From contig NIVC01001737.1 of NCBI GenBank assembly GCA_002269645.1, forward strand, positions 62,001-126,000: a stretch of DNA of 64,000 bases. The letters are read 5' to 3'. The notes below the pieces were generated by a model. That model was not told where the DNA came from. It saw nothing but the letters and a program-made list of their open reading frames with translations, and did no database searches. A program made the translations under genes and the position numbers. How positions within the stretch are numbered: the stretch's first letter is position 1; every line of letters begins with the position of its first letter. The stretch is from Macrostomum lignano (Eukaryota). Shown here in pieces: positions 52,059-64,000 of this stretch.

Positions 52059-53395
52059 GGGTCAATGAGATTTGCCCGCAGACGAATTGCCACCGAGATT
52101 TGCCCACCGAGCTTTTCCCGCCAAGCTTTTCCCGCCGAGATTTGCCCACCGAGCTTTTCCCGCCAAGCTTTTCCCGCCGAGATTTGCCCGCAGGAGATTT
52201 TCCCGCCGAGATTTGCCCGCCGAGATTTTCCCGCCGAGATTTTCCCGCCGAGATTTGCCCGCCGAGATTTGCCCGCCGAGTTTTTCCCGCCAAGCTTTTC
52301 CCGCCGAGATTTTCCCGCCAAGCTTTTCCCACCGAGATTTTCCCGCCAAGCTTTTCCCGCCAAGATTTTCCCGCCAAGCTTTTCCCGCCGGGATTTTCCC
52401 GCCAAGCTTTTCCCGCCGAGATTTTCCCGCCGGGCTTTTCCCGCAGGAGATTTGCCCGCCGAGATTTTCCCGCCGAGCTTTGCCCGCAGGAGATTTGCCC
52501 GCCGAGATTTTCCCGCCGATATTTTCCCGCCGAGATTTGCCCGCCGAGATTTTCCCGCCGAGATTTGCCCGCCGAGATTTTCCCGCCGAGATTTTCCCGC
52601 CGAGATTTGCCTGCCGAGATTTGCCCGCCGAGATTTGCCCGCCGAGTTTTTCCCGCCAAGCTTTTCCCGCCGAGATTTGCCCGCCGATATTTTCCCGCCA
52701 AGCTTTTCCCGCCGAGATTTTCCCGCCAAGCTTTTCCCACCGAGATTTTTCCGCCGAGATTTTCCCGCCAAGCTTTTCCCGCCGAGATTTTCCCGCCAAG
52801 CTTTTCCCACCGAGATTTTCCCGCCGAGATTTTCCCGCCGAGATTTTCCCGCCGAGATTTTCCCGCCAAGCTTTTCCCGCCGAGATTTTCCCGCCAAGCT
52901 TTTCCCGCCGGGATTTTCCCGCTAAGCTTTTCCCGCCGAGATTTTCCCGCCGGGCTTTTCCCGCAGGAGATTTGCCCGCCGAGATTTTCCCGCCGAGCTT
53001 TGCCCGCAGGAGATTTGCCCGCCGAGATTTTCCCGCCAAGCTTTTCCCGCCGAGATTTGCCCGCCGATATTTTCCCGCCAAGCTTTTCCCGCCGAGATTT
53101 GCCCGCCGATATTTTCCCGCCAAGCTTTTCCCGCCGAGATTTGCCCGCAGGAGATTTGCCCGCCAAGCTTTTCCCGCCAAGCTTTTCCCGCCAAGTTTTT
53201 CCCGCCGAGATTTTCCCACCGAGATTTGCCCGCAGATATTTTCCCGCCAAGCTTTTCCCGCCGAGATTTGCCCGCAGGAGATTTGCCCGCCAAGCTTTTC
53301 CCGCACGAGATTTGTATTCCGGGCTTTTCCCGCTGAGAACTCGGCGGGCAAATATCGGCGGGCAAATCTCCTGCGGGAAAAGCTTGGCGGGCAAG
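52059..53395. repeat. Expanded 13-14-bp array (CCCGCCGAGATTT/CCCGCCAAGCTTTT); TIR of the 10179/13238 foldback family
   Basis: Begins with the family terminus GGGTCAATGAGATTTGCCCGCAGACGAATTGCC; orientation flips at ~53337. Confidence 0.9.
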
Positions 53396-53944
53396 TATGT
53401 AACATTCCTATGTTCACAATACATTGATTAAATGGGGTTACCGTTAAATCACGTGTACAAGCTTTAGAAAGGCCAGCTATTGAATGACTGCTATTTTAGT
53501 TTATTGACTCTGCGCTTGTTGTGTAGGCAGTCATTATTTTATTTTCTCATGCCCTCGTGTTTTTTTAGTCCTGACCAAATCGACTAAAATTACATTTCAT
53601 GTTTTTCTTTACCTTCTGATTATAACAAATGCTTGGTACAGAATGTGTATCCAGTGTTTGTGCCCGCGGCCACGGGGTTGAAAATTTATGCAAAAATTTA
53701 TCGTTATATTTTATAACCCAACTGGCTCCTTGCAACATGTTGGTGTATACAATCAGAATGTATATTCGTATGTGAAAATTATTCTTGGTTGGGTGGATAT
53801 TGTTTCTGGCCCTTCTTCTCAGTCTTGTGTTGTGCATGCATGTAGCATATGTTGGCGTACCCAAGGGGTGCCGGGTAGGGTAGAGGCAGGGGCTATGCCT
53901 CATGGCTGACACTCAGAATTATTTGGCTGAGTTTTGCCACTTCA

Positions 53945-55668
53945 CTCAAGCGGAATGGCGCTTCCTTAAATGAAATGGCGCCCCACTCAAACCGAATGGC
54001 ATCCCAATCAAATGAAATGGCATCCCACTCAAATGAAATGGCATCCCAATCAAATGAAATGGCATCCCACTCAAATGAAATGGCATCCCACTCAAATGAA
54101 ATGGCATCCCAATCAAATGAAATGGCATCCCAATCAAATGAAATGGCATCCCACTCAAATGAAATGGCATCCCACTCAAATGAAATGGCATCCCAATCAA
54201 ATGAAATGGCATCCCAATCAAATGAAATGGCATCCCAATCAAATGAAATGGCATCCCACTCAAATGAAATGGCATCCCAATCAAATGAAATGGCATCCCA
54301 CTCAAATGAAATGGCATCCCAATCAAATGAAATGGCATCCCACTCAAATGAAATGGCGCCCAACTCAAATGCAATGGCGCCCAACTCAAATGCAATGGCG
54401 CCCAACTCAAGTTAAATGGCGAACAACTCAAGTGAAATGGCGCTCAACTCAAATGCAATGGTGCCCAACTCAAGTTAAATGGCGAACAACTCAAATGAAA
54501 TGGCGCTCAACTCAAATGCAATGGTGCCCAACTCAAATGAAATGGCGCCCAACTCAAATGAAATGGCGCCCAACTCAAATGAAATGGCGCCCAACTCAAG
54601 TGAAATGGCGCCCAACTCAAATGAAATGGCGCCCAACTCAAATGAAATGGCGCCTAACTCAAATTCAATGGTGCCCAACTCAAATGAAATGGCGCCCAAC
54701 TCAAATGAAATGGTGCCCAACTCAAATGAAATGGCGCCCAACTCAAGTGAAATGGCGCCCAACTCAAATGAAATGGCGCCCAACTCAAATGAAATGGCGC
54801 CTAACTCAAATTCAATGGTGCCCAACTCAAATGAAATGGCGAGCAACTCAAATGAAATGGCGCCTAACTCAAATGAAATGGCATCCCAACTCAAATGAAA
54901 TGGCATCCAACTCAAATGAAATGGCATCCCAATCAAATGAAATGGCATCCCACTCAAATGAAATGGCATCCCACTCAAATGAAATGGCATCCCAATCAAA
55001 TGAAATGGCATCCCAATCAAATGAAATGGCATCCCACTCAAATGAAATGGCATCCCACTCAAATGAAATGGCATCCCAATCAAATGAAATGGCATCCCAA
55101 TCAAATGAAATGGCATCCCACTCAAATGAAATGGCATCCCACTCAAATGAAATGGCATCCCACTCAAATGAAATGGCATCCCACTCAAATGAAATGGCAT
55201 CCCAATCAAATGAAATGGCATCCCACTCAAATGAAATGGCGCCCAACTCAAATGCAATGGCGCCCAACTCAAATGCAATGGCGCCCAACTCAAGTTAAAT
55301 GGCGAACAACTCAAGTGAAATGGCGCTCAACTCAAATGCAATGGTGCCCAACTCAAATGAAATGGCGCCCAACTCAAATGAAATGGCGCCCAACTCAAAT
55401 GAAATGGCGCCCAACTCAAATGAAATGGCGCCCAACTCAGGTGAAATGGCGCCCAACTCAAATGAAATGGCGCCCAACTCAAATGAAATGGCGCCCAACT
55501 CAAATTCAATGGCGCCCAACTCAAATGAAATGGCGCCCAACTCAAATTCAATGGCGCCCAACTCAAATGAAATGGCGCCCAACTCAAATGAAATGGCGCC
55601 CAACTCAAATTCAATGGCGCCCAACTCAAATGAAATGGCGCCCAACTCAAGATAAATGGCAACCCCCA
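53945..55668. repeat. 21-bp minisatellite (AAATGAAATGGCATCCCACTC) with higher-order structure
   Basis: 21-bp period; CATCCC-type and CGCCC-type blocks alternate; the variant block GTTAAATGGCGAACAACTC recurs at ~54411, 54474 and 55294. Confidence 0.95.
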
Positions 55669-56899
55669 CATGCTACATGTAATTCCGGACTACCACATCG
55701 GCAAATCAGGATACAACGAGAGTCCAGGACTGCTCAAGAGCAAAGAAGGTCCTGCTGTGTAAAATTTTGAATTTCAGATAATTGCACGCTATACTTTTAA
55801 ATAGGATGGGCGTGTATGCATACTGTATGCCCATACAATATAGAAATACATTGTGTTTGTTGACCCATTCCGAAATCCGAATAAATAAGAGAGCTACCGA
55901 GTTTGTATATTGACCCTCAAATTTTGACAAATGCAGCCAGTCTGACTCATTCTGCATAGTCAACGCATCTCAAAACGCATCTCGTATGCATACACAATGC
56001 GCGTTCCTTTCGGTTTTAGACGGCCGGCCTTCTCTTGCTTGCTGCTTCTTCAGTTCTTCTCTCGACTCTTTGCAGGCTCGGGAGGGGGGCTGCGCGACTG
56101 CGCACAGCAACTCAAAATCAGCCATGCACGCGCCCCAACTTATATGCCTGTATAATATTAATAATGCTATTATTATATGCATGGCTCCAGTTCCTGCGCG
56201 GCGCGGCGCATTTGGTAGAATCGTAGCAGATTTCGTATGCCATTAAGCAGGATTGCCCCATTCGCGCACCGCATTACCTTTGTTAGCTTTTGTAAGAACT
56301 TCAGTCAGTCTTGGGCGGCTCGCATGAATGGCCCGCGCAAGTCGCAGCTCGCCTTCCTTTGAATTTGAACTCGCGCCCAGTGGTCCTCCCCCCCCTGAGC
56401 CCAAAAAATTCTCGTCTCAACTCGTTTCGCAATTGAGAACAAAGCGCCAAGCCTTAAACTAACCTGGCCCGCAACTGCTGCTCCAATTCTTTCAAGTTTC
56501 TTCTTCCGGCCCTAAATGCATACGGGTCTCATTCGATCTGAAAAGTTAGTTGGCACTAACTACCTGCATGGATGAACAGCTGTTGCCGCAGTTCTCCATG
56601 CCTCCAGGCTTGCTAATTATTGTGCTTATGCTGTATTTACATCTCAGCTATAGAGCTACATGTAGAATTCTATAGTGAAACCTGTCTACGACAAACCTAA
56701 CTTAAACATAACGTAACCTAACTTTGTCAGCTTGCAATATCGGGTGCTAATTTGTGTTTTGGATTGCAACGAACCGTTTTGGATTGCATATTCTGCGCAG
56801 CGTTGGAGCTATACGGTTTTTTTTTATTTCAGGTCAACGAAAGACTTAGCCTAAACTTAGAAGTGGCAGGTTGTGCCGAGGTGCTCTATATCTAATCAA

Positions 56900-57620
56900 A
56901 AACCCAAAATCTATGAAGCGATTGCTACGAAGTTTTTTGGCATGAGGGCGCTTGGGGTCTGTAAGGAGAGAGAGAGGAGGGTGTCCACTTCTTCTGCTGC
57001 CGCAACTGCCCACGCATATCGCGACTGAGACGCGCTGCTACTTGTTTTGCCTCTCTCTCGCTCTTTCAGCTGGTGAAAGAGAAGGTAGACGTTTGGGTCG
57101 GGTCAGACAGGCGGACAGGTATAGACAGGTAAGGAAGGTAAATTGGCGGCTGACTGGCTGCATAGCTCACTTCTTAGCGTGCGCTGTGGGCGGTGAGCTA
57201 TCGAGCAGAGAAAATCGATTCCATCTCTCTCTGTCTATCTTTCTCTCTTCACCTTTGCGCCTGCTGTGCTGTGCTTGTTTGCGTTTAGGTTTTAATCACT
57301 TACCTAGCCTATCCTGCAGTCCTACAGCTGCGCACTGGGGTGCGGTGCTGCTGCACTCGCCTGGGGCAATGGGGTGGTGGGTTGGGGGGGGGAGGCTTTG
57401 GTTCGGTTTGGCTGGGCTTGGGCGGAGGCCCCGCGGAAGGTGCCGCCCCCGCCCCTCCACCCCTCGCAGCCCGACCTCAACCCCCCCCCCTCCCCCAATT
57501 TCAGGCGATTCTGTCTCGCTATTTAAAGCAAATAGGTAAAGGTCTGGAGAACTCGAGGCGCTGCATCGGCCTTGGCTCTTGGCTTGGCTAGGAGAGGCCG
57601 CGGGTAAGCTGCTGCTTCCT
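56900..57620 (+). promoter_or_regulatory. Putative coe promoter/5' UTR region
   Basis: GA/CT-rich and GC-box-like non-coding sequence with strong donors (GCGG|GTAAGC ~57604, GTG|GTAAGC ~57634) upstream of the coe exon. Based on position only. Confidence 0.3.
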
Positions 57621-59984
57621 ACCTGCAAAAGTGGTAAGCTTTGGAAGCAAACTATATATGCTTGAAATTTTCAGTTTTAATTATTATTGCTTTATATAGA
57701 ATTGTGTGTTATAATCTGTTTACAGTGTGCAGCTGGGTGCAAACTGCTATAAATATAGCTGCAACGAAACCAATGGCTTCCGTTTTGTTCGCTGGCAAAC
57801 TTCCAATCGGCAATGCAGCATCTAAACAGGAACCTGGTGACACCTATTAGCGTCTGGTGTGGGCAGACCCATCTGCAAATCTGATCTAGAAGAAGATAGA
57901 AGAAAAGAAAGAGGTGAGAATGAACGCAGAGCTGACTTCAGCCGCGGAGTAGTGAGTATGGACTGTGAATATGTAATTGTTTTAGTGGCTAAGTTTTTTA
58001 TTAACTATAATACCATACCATTCACAAAACTTCAACTGGAAGTTTGGCAAAGCTAAGAAGTGAATATTAAAATAATAGAATATAATACTAATGAATATCT
58101 ATGAAAATATTGAAATATAGGTTAAATTTTCTACGTAGTACTTGACATTTCTACTCAGCATCATTCCAGGATTTTGTTGTCTGTCTCAGTATTTCGTATT
58201 GTATCTAAGGTATCTACTATCATTATTCATCAATAAGCGCTATTGTGTTTGACAGCTTAGTTCGTCGATATAGTATACAGGGAACTTTGTTTTAATTAGT
58301 GACTTTATGAATGCCATGTACAGTTTTTTTGCTTGTTGTTTTTCTCACATGCGGCAACAAACGTCACAAGGTCTTCCACTGACTGTAACTACCGTATAGC
58401 TACTCGTATTTGTACTGCTTATTATGAATTTGCACCCTTTGTATGCTATGACTATAGATTAATAACAATGCTCATATCAACAAGGTGCAATTGACATGTA
58501 CTATCACGAATGTATATTAGGCAAAATGTATATAACATGTTTTTCACAATTTGCAGCGCAACTTTCTATAATGCTTATATAGTTTTAGAACTGTTTTGTG
58601 ACACTGGCTTTTATTTCACCGTTCTGCTGCCTTAAACTGTACATATTTTTGCTGCTTTGACAGATCTGATTTTTTATGCTTAGTTAGTTTCCCTATCTTC
58701 TTTATAATGTCACTGTTGTAAAGAAGTTGTTCCGTAGTGAAGGTTATTTAACCATTCCTTCTTACTCATCTGTTTCATCGATTTCATCTTAGTTTTACAG
58801 TACAGTTTCGCCAGCGCATATTAGTAGTACATGATTGATTGACAAGTCTGTGCAACAATTAAAGAAACAATTTCACACATGGAAATTTAGCGATCGACTC
58901 TGTTAGCTTGGCCTAATGCACTATTACCTGCCAATCTATACACTGACGATGCTGTGAAGCATTTCCGAACTTGTACATTTTTTCCATTTGTTCACTAGGG
59001 CGAGTCATTAATATCTCACCGAAAATCGCCTCATTTTTACTCAAACTCACCCTGTAATGGTTGCTTTTTGTGCTCTTTTTTGTAACTCTGCTATCAAACT
59101 TGTCTAAACTAAGGCATCATCAAAGAAGGCTGTGATTTGCTCTGTGAATAGTTGTTGCGCGTGTATTAATGATTCTAAACTAACTTTTATTTGAGTTTTT
59201 TGGTATCATTTTGTCTACTCAGGCTACTTAGATGAGTAGCGCGCTTAAAACTTAGTTATTTAGTATTATAGCACGCTTAATTTGTTTTTGCCTATGGCTC
59301 ATCATCTCAACTAGTTCGCTGTGCTCTGTAGATAAGTTGCAAGTCAACTTAAACCACGATTTAATAAAAAGTATTGAAACACACGTTTGCAATCTGCATA
59401 TTTATCAATTTGCGCAATCCTAGATATTTTATTATGCCCGTCACACACTTTAATCTCAAATTCTATTAGAAAATTAGCACCTTCTTAGACAATTACACTC
59501 CATTTCTGGTTCTCAGTGTTTTTCTCAAATCAATTTTGATTTTGTTATTCTAGTATTGTGAATCATTTTTGTTTGTTTTGTTGAGATTTTCAGTTATAGT
59601 TTCTTTGAGCAACAGTTCAGAAACGTGCTACAGGTTCCTCATAATTTCCTGATGCGATAAAAGGCAAAGTTATAAATTTTTACGCCGAGTAAACAGGTTT
59701 TTGTTTCAAATTTTAACACGCATAAATAAATGCTTCAATGACTACTTTTTGAGTAGAGTACTCGTGACTAGCTTACGTTTAAATGAGTTTAAGTGTCTTT
59801 TTTTACTTAATCTGTGTGTAAACATAAAAGACATAACTTTTAATACATATAAATATATTTATTGCTTCAAATTCTAATACAGATTTCAGGGTTAGACTCG
59901 TTTAATAGAAAAGGTAATACATTTGAATCAAAGGAAAACGTTTTTGGAGATGATTAGTGGATGTTTTATTAGGATCAGAGCATT

Positions 59985-60283
59985 TGCTGATCAGAGGGTA
60001 TGTTTTAGCATCAGAGGGTATGTTTTAGCATCAGAGGGTATGTTTTAGCATCAGAGGGTATGTTTTAGCATCAGAGGGTATGCTTTAGCATCAGAGGGTA
60101 TGTTTTAGCATCAGAGGGTATGTTTTAGCATCAGAGGGTATGTTTTAGCATCAGAGGGTATGTTTTAGCATCAGAGGGTATGTTTTAGCATCAGAGGGTA
60201 TGTTTTAGCATCAGAGGGTATGTTTTAGCATCAGAGGGTATGTTTTAGCATCAGAGGGTATGTTTTAGCATCAGAGGGTATGT
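59985..60283. repeat. 20-bp tandem repeat (TCAGAGGGTATGTTTTAGCA) x ~15
   Basis: Near-perfect direct units. Confidence 0.95.
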
Positions 60284-60614
60284 ATGCACTGCAGTCTCTA
60301 GAATCAAAAAATGTGCATTATTACGCAGTTGGGGGGTTTTACTTTGTTATAACATGTACCTATTTTTAAAACTCATACACTACTTTTAGTAGTTTTAATC
60401 AGTAGTCGTGGTAATTTCATCGTGTGATAATTTAAATTTTGTGCTATATTAAATAAAGCGTATTTCATAACATGTTCGGTCGATGAATAAATATGAATAT
60501 TGTACGATTCAGATGTCAATACTCGATTAGGAACTTTTGTGTAGGGGATCAAGCAAATGTTGTTATGAAACTGATAGACCATAGCCTCATTAGCCCCCAA
60601 TAGGTAATGACACC

Positions 60615-61052
60615 GGGATCCTCCCCCTCCTGAGTCTTGATCTAGGGATCCGCCCCTCCTGAGTCTTGATCCAGGGATCCGCCCCCCTTCTGAGTCTTGA
60701 TCCAGGGATCCGCCCCCCCTCCTGAGTCTTGATCCAGGGATCCGCCCCCCTCCTGAGTCTTGATCCAGGGATCCGCCCCCCCTCCTGAGTCTTGATCCAG
60801 GTATCCGCCCCCCCTCCTGAGTCTTGATCCAGGGATCCGCCCCCCCTCCTGAATCTTGATCCAGGGATCCGCCCCCCTCCTGAGTCTTGATCCCCGGGAT
60901 CCGCCCCCTCCTGAGTCTTGATCCCTGGGATCCACCCCGAGTTTTATCCCAAGAATCCGCCCGCTCCTAAGTCTTAATCCCCAGGATCCGCCCTCTCCTT
61001 AGTTTTGATCCCTGGGATCCGCCCAACCACCTGAGTCTTGATCCCCGGGATT
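60615..61052. repeat. ~30-bp minisatellite (GGGATCCGCCCCCCTCCTGAGTCTTGATCCA)
   Basis: About 14 units with variable C-run length. Confidence 0.9.
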
Positions 61053-62084
61053 CGCCCCTCGTTGGGACTTGGGCTTCCTGAAATTACCTTCACAGACTCT
61101 GTTGTAGCCTGCTGGTGTATTGACTGTTCAACTTGTCTAAAGAAAATCCCCACTGAATTCACTTCTCTCCTGAAACTCCGAGCTGCCCTCCCATTGGCTC
61201 CGTTGAATTTCCCAGATCCCACCATCTCTGGTCGATAATTGGCTTTCAACTTGGGGGCGGCGACAGAGCAACCGCAATTGGATAGGATGAGGCGATGGGC
61301 CGCTGCGATGACCCGATGGTGGTCTCACCGGCCCAACCCCCAGCCTCCCCCAGCCCAGTGAGACGTGTGTAGGTGAGGGGTGGGTATTAAGCTGAGGAGA
61401 CGGAACTGCAGGGCAATAGGAGATCTCCCACGAGAAATTCAATCATTGCGGAAGCAGCAACAGAAGCGGTCATCGCAGTCCCTGGAGGAACAGATATTTT
61501 CTAGGCTCACACAGCGGCATCATCACAGCCTCTCTCATCTATCTTAACATACTGCTTCCTCTATTGAAAGATTTTTCCCACCAGGGACATATTTAAACTA
61601 TTAGGGTGTATTTACTATATACCAGTAATTATTACAAGTGGTTGCTAGGCCGTCTCTTTGTTAGCGCCGCGTCTGTCTGTAACACAATTTGCATAACCAA
61701 CCAGTCTTGAGCATGGTGAGCATCAGTTAAAATTTATCATTTGAGTTGTTTATTTATTGATTTGAATGCATATTATTATAAACTATCTTTGTACTAGCCT
61801 TCTTTCTGACACACCTGTGCTAGCGATTCTTCTTTAAGCACACATAATTTGATAAATCGCCCAATGAAAATATTTCCCAGGAAATAATCGGTAACAACGG
61901 GATTAAACACGAATCTCGAGGCCCGATTGTGCGCAACTGGATACAGACGGCAGACTCCGCTGGCAGCAAGTGAGTTTCTGTGTGTGTCACTTTATGATTA
62001 TGAAAAATCATTTAAATTTCAGTTGAATCACGACCACGTTGATTTATGGCTGATCTATACACTATAGAGTCTGATATAGATATT

Positions 62085-62892
62085 CATATTCAACATAAAT
62101 CAACCTAGGATAAATCTACCTATTCAAAAGCTATAGATCTATACGATAGATTTATCCAGTCAACTGTAGATCTACGATAGATCTTTCCAATCAACTTTTG
62201 ATCTATACGATAGATCTCTCCAATAAACTATAGATCTACGATAGATGTCTCTAATCAACTATAGATTCACGATAGATCTTCCTAATCAGCTATAGATCTC
62301 TACAATCAATTATAGATCTACGATAGATCTCCTAATCAACTATAGATCTACTATAGATCTTCCTAATCAGCTATAGATCTACGATAGATCTCTACAATCA
62401 GTTATAGATCTTTGATAGATCTCTCCGATCAACTATAGATCTACGATAGATCTCTCCAATCAACTATAGATCTATACGATAGATCTCTCAAATAAACTAT
62501 AGATCTACGATAGATGTCTCTAATCAACTATAGATTCACGATAGATCTTCCTAATAAACTATAGATCTCTACAATCAATTATAGATCTACGATAGATCTC
62601 TCCAATCAACTATGGATCTACGATAGATCTCTCCAATCAATTATAGATCTACCATAGATCTCCCAATCAACTATAGATCTACGATAGATCTCTCTAATAA
62701 ACTATAGATTTACGATAGATCTTCCTAATAAACTATAGATCTACGATATATCTCCCAATCAACCATATAAATCCACGATAGACCTTCCACGATAGACCTT
62801 CCTAATCAGCTATAGATCTAAGATAGACCTTCCTAATCAGCTATAGATGTACGATAGATCTTCCTAATCAGCTATAGATCTACGATAGATCT
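62085..62892. repeat. ~30-bp ATAGATCTACGATAGATCTCTCCAATCAACT minisatellite
   Basis: Degenerate direct units rich in AGATCT. Confidence 0.9.
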
Positions 62893-62971
62893 CCCGACTC
62901 CAATTTCAAAAACTTCGACAACACGAATCTGAACCCAAATTGATTCCCCGTCGCAGTCCCCTCCTGTTCAG

Positions 62972-63128
62972 CACTCTGGGAATTTCGCGTGCCCACTTCG
63001 AGAAGCAGCCGCCGTCCAATCTGCGCAAGAGCAACTTTTTTCACTTCGTGATCGCCTTGTACGACCGACATGGACAGCCGGTGGAAATTGAGCGGGCAAT
63101 GTTTGTCGGCTTTGTGGAGGGCGACATG
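62972..63128 (+). CDS. coe: COE/EBF (Collier) transcription factor, internal exon of the DNA-binding domain; the gene continues beyond the window
   Basis: Acceptor CTCCTGTTCAG, donor ATG|GTGAGC, 157 nt; encodes [52 protein letters not shown], the COE signature. Confidence 0.93.
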
Positions 63129-63189
63129 GTGAGCTGGGGCCGGAGTGAGAGTCAGAGTGACAGGCTAAGAATGATAGGCTTAGAGTGGC

Positions 63190-64000
63190 AGGCTTACGTG
63201 ACAGGCTAAGAGTGAAAGGTTTAGAGTGACAGGCCTAGAGTGACAGGTTTAGAGTGACAGGTTTAGAGTGACAGGTTTAGAGTGACAGGTTTAGAGTGAC
63301 AGGTTTAGAGTGACAGGTTTAGAGTGACAGGTTTAGAGTGACAGGTTTAGAGTGACAGGTTTAGAGTGACAGGTTTAGAGTGACAGGTTTAGAGTGAAAG
63401 GTTTAGAGTCATATAGAGTGACAGGTTTAGAGTGACAGGTTTAGAGTCATATAGAGTGACAGGTTTAGAGTGACAGGTTTAGAGTGACAGGTTTAGAGTG
63501 ACAGGTTTAGAGTGACAGGTTTAGAGTGACAGGTTTAGAGTGACAGGTTTAGAGTGACAGGTTTAGAGTGACAGGTTTAGAGTGACAGGTTTAGAGTGAC
63601 AGGTTTAGAGTGACAGGTTTAGAGTGACAGGTTTAGAGTGACAGGTTTAGAGTGACAGGTTTAGAGTGACAGGTTTAGAGTGACAGGTTTAGAGTGACAG
63701 GTTTAGAGTCATAAAGTGACAGGCTTAGAGTGACAGGTTTAGAGTCATAAAGTGACAGGCTTAGAGTGACATGCTTAGAGTCATAGAATGATAGGCCAAG
63801 TGTCATAAATCTAGGCATAGATTCACTCTATGAATCATTTCATACAGTGACAGAGTGAGAATCATAGAGTGACAGAGTGGGAATCGTATAAAGTGACAAA
63901 GTGAGAATCATAGGGTGACAGAGTGATAATCATTTCATAGAGTGACAGAGTGAGAATCATAGAGTGACAGTGGGAATCGTATAAAGTGACAGAGTGAGAA
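63190..64000. repeat. 14-bp GTGACAGGTTTAGA tandem array grading into related AGAGTGACAG repeats (coe intron)
   Basis: Near-perfect units at 63240-63710, degenerate on both sides. Confidence 0.95.

Noticed and set aside
52019-55770. Many 110-465 aa ORFs on both strands
   Set aside because: Translations of 13-14-bp and 21-bp minisatellites; open in several frames at once, with no splice or domain evidence.

Overview
Repeat-rich animal genomic DNA with spliceosomal introns and no prokaryotic features. The polyQ-rich transcription factors and RTE/LOA retroelements suggest a free-living flatworm such as Macrostomum (inference only). Host genes reconstructed by hand: an intronless USF-type bHLH-ZIP gene (5400-6365,+); a 12-exon Cut/CUX gene with three CUT repeats and a homeodomain (22185-15379,-); an SRSF10/12-like SR splicing factor (40532-48052,+) that the ORF track largely misses and whose intron 2 is a U12-type AT-AC intron; and the conserved DNA-binding exon of a COE/EBF gene (62972-63128,+). 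Mobile DNA: a LOA/R1-type LINE with RNase H, a decayed RTE LINE carrying a tRNA-SINE and a foldback MITE, Gypsy remnants, several hAT-like MITEs with 8-bp TSDs, and an apparently intact 8.4-kb Mutator-superfamily foldback element of Rehavkus/FB-NOF type. That element has TIRs built from 183-bp tandem units and a spliced transposase-Ulp1 protease-PHD finger gene. Many minisatellites here appear to be expanded TIR subunits of GGG-ended foldback elements. The strongest leads are the U12 intron with competing acceptors in the SRSF10-like gene and the Rehavkus-like element inserted about 500 bp upstream of that gene.
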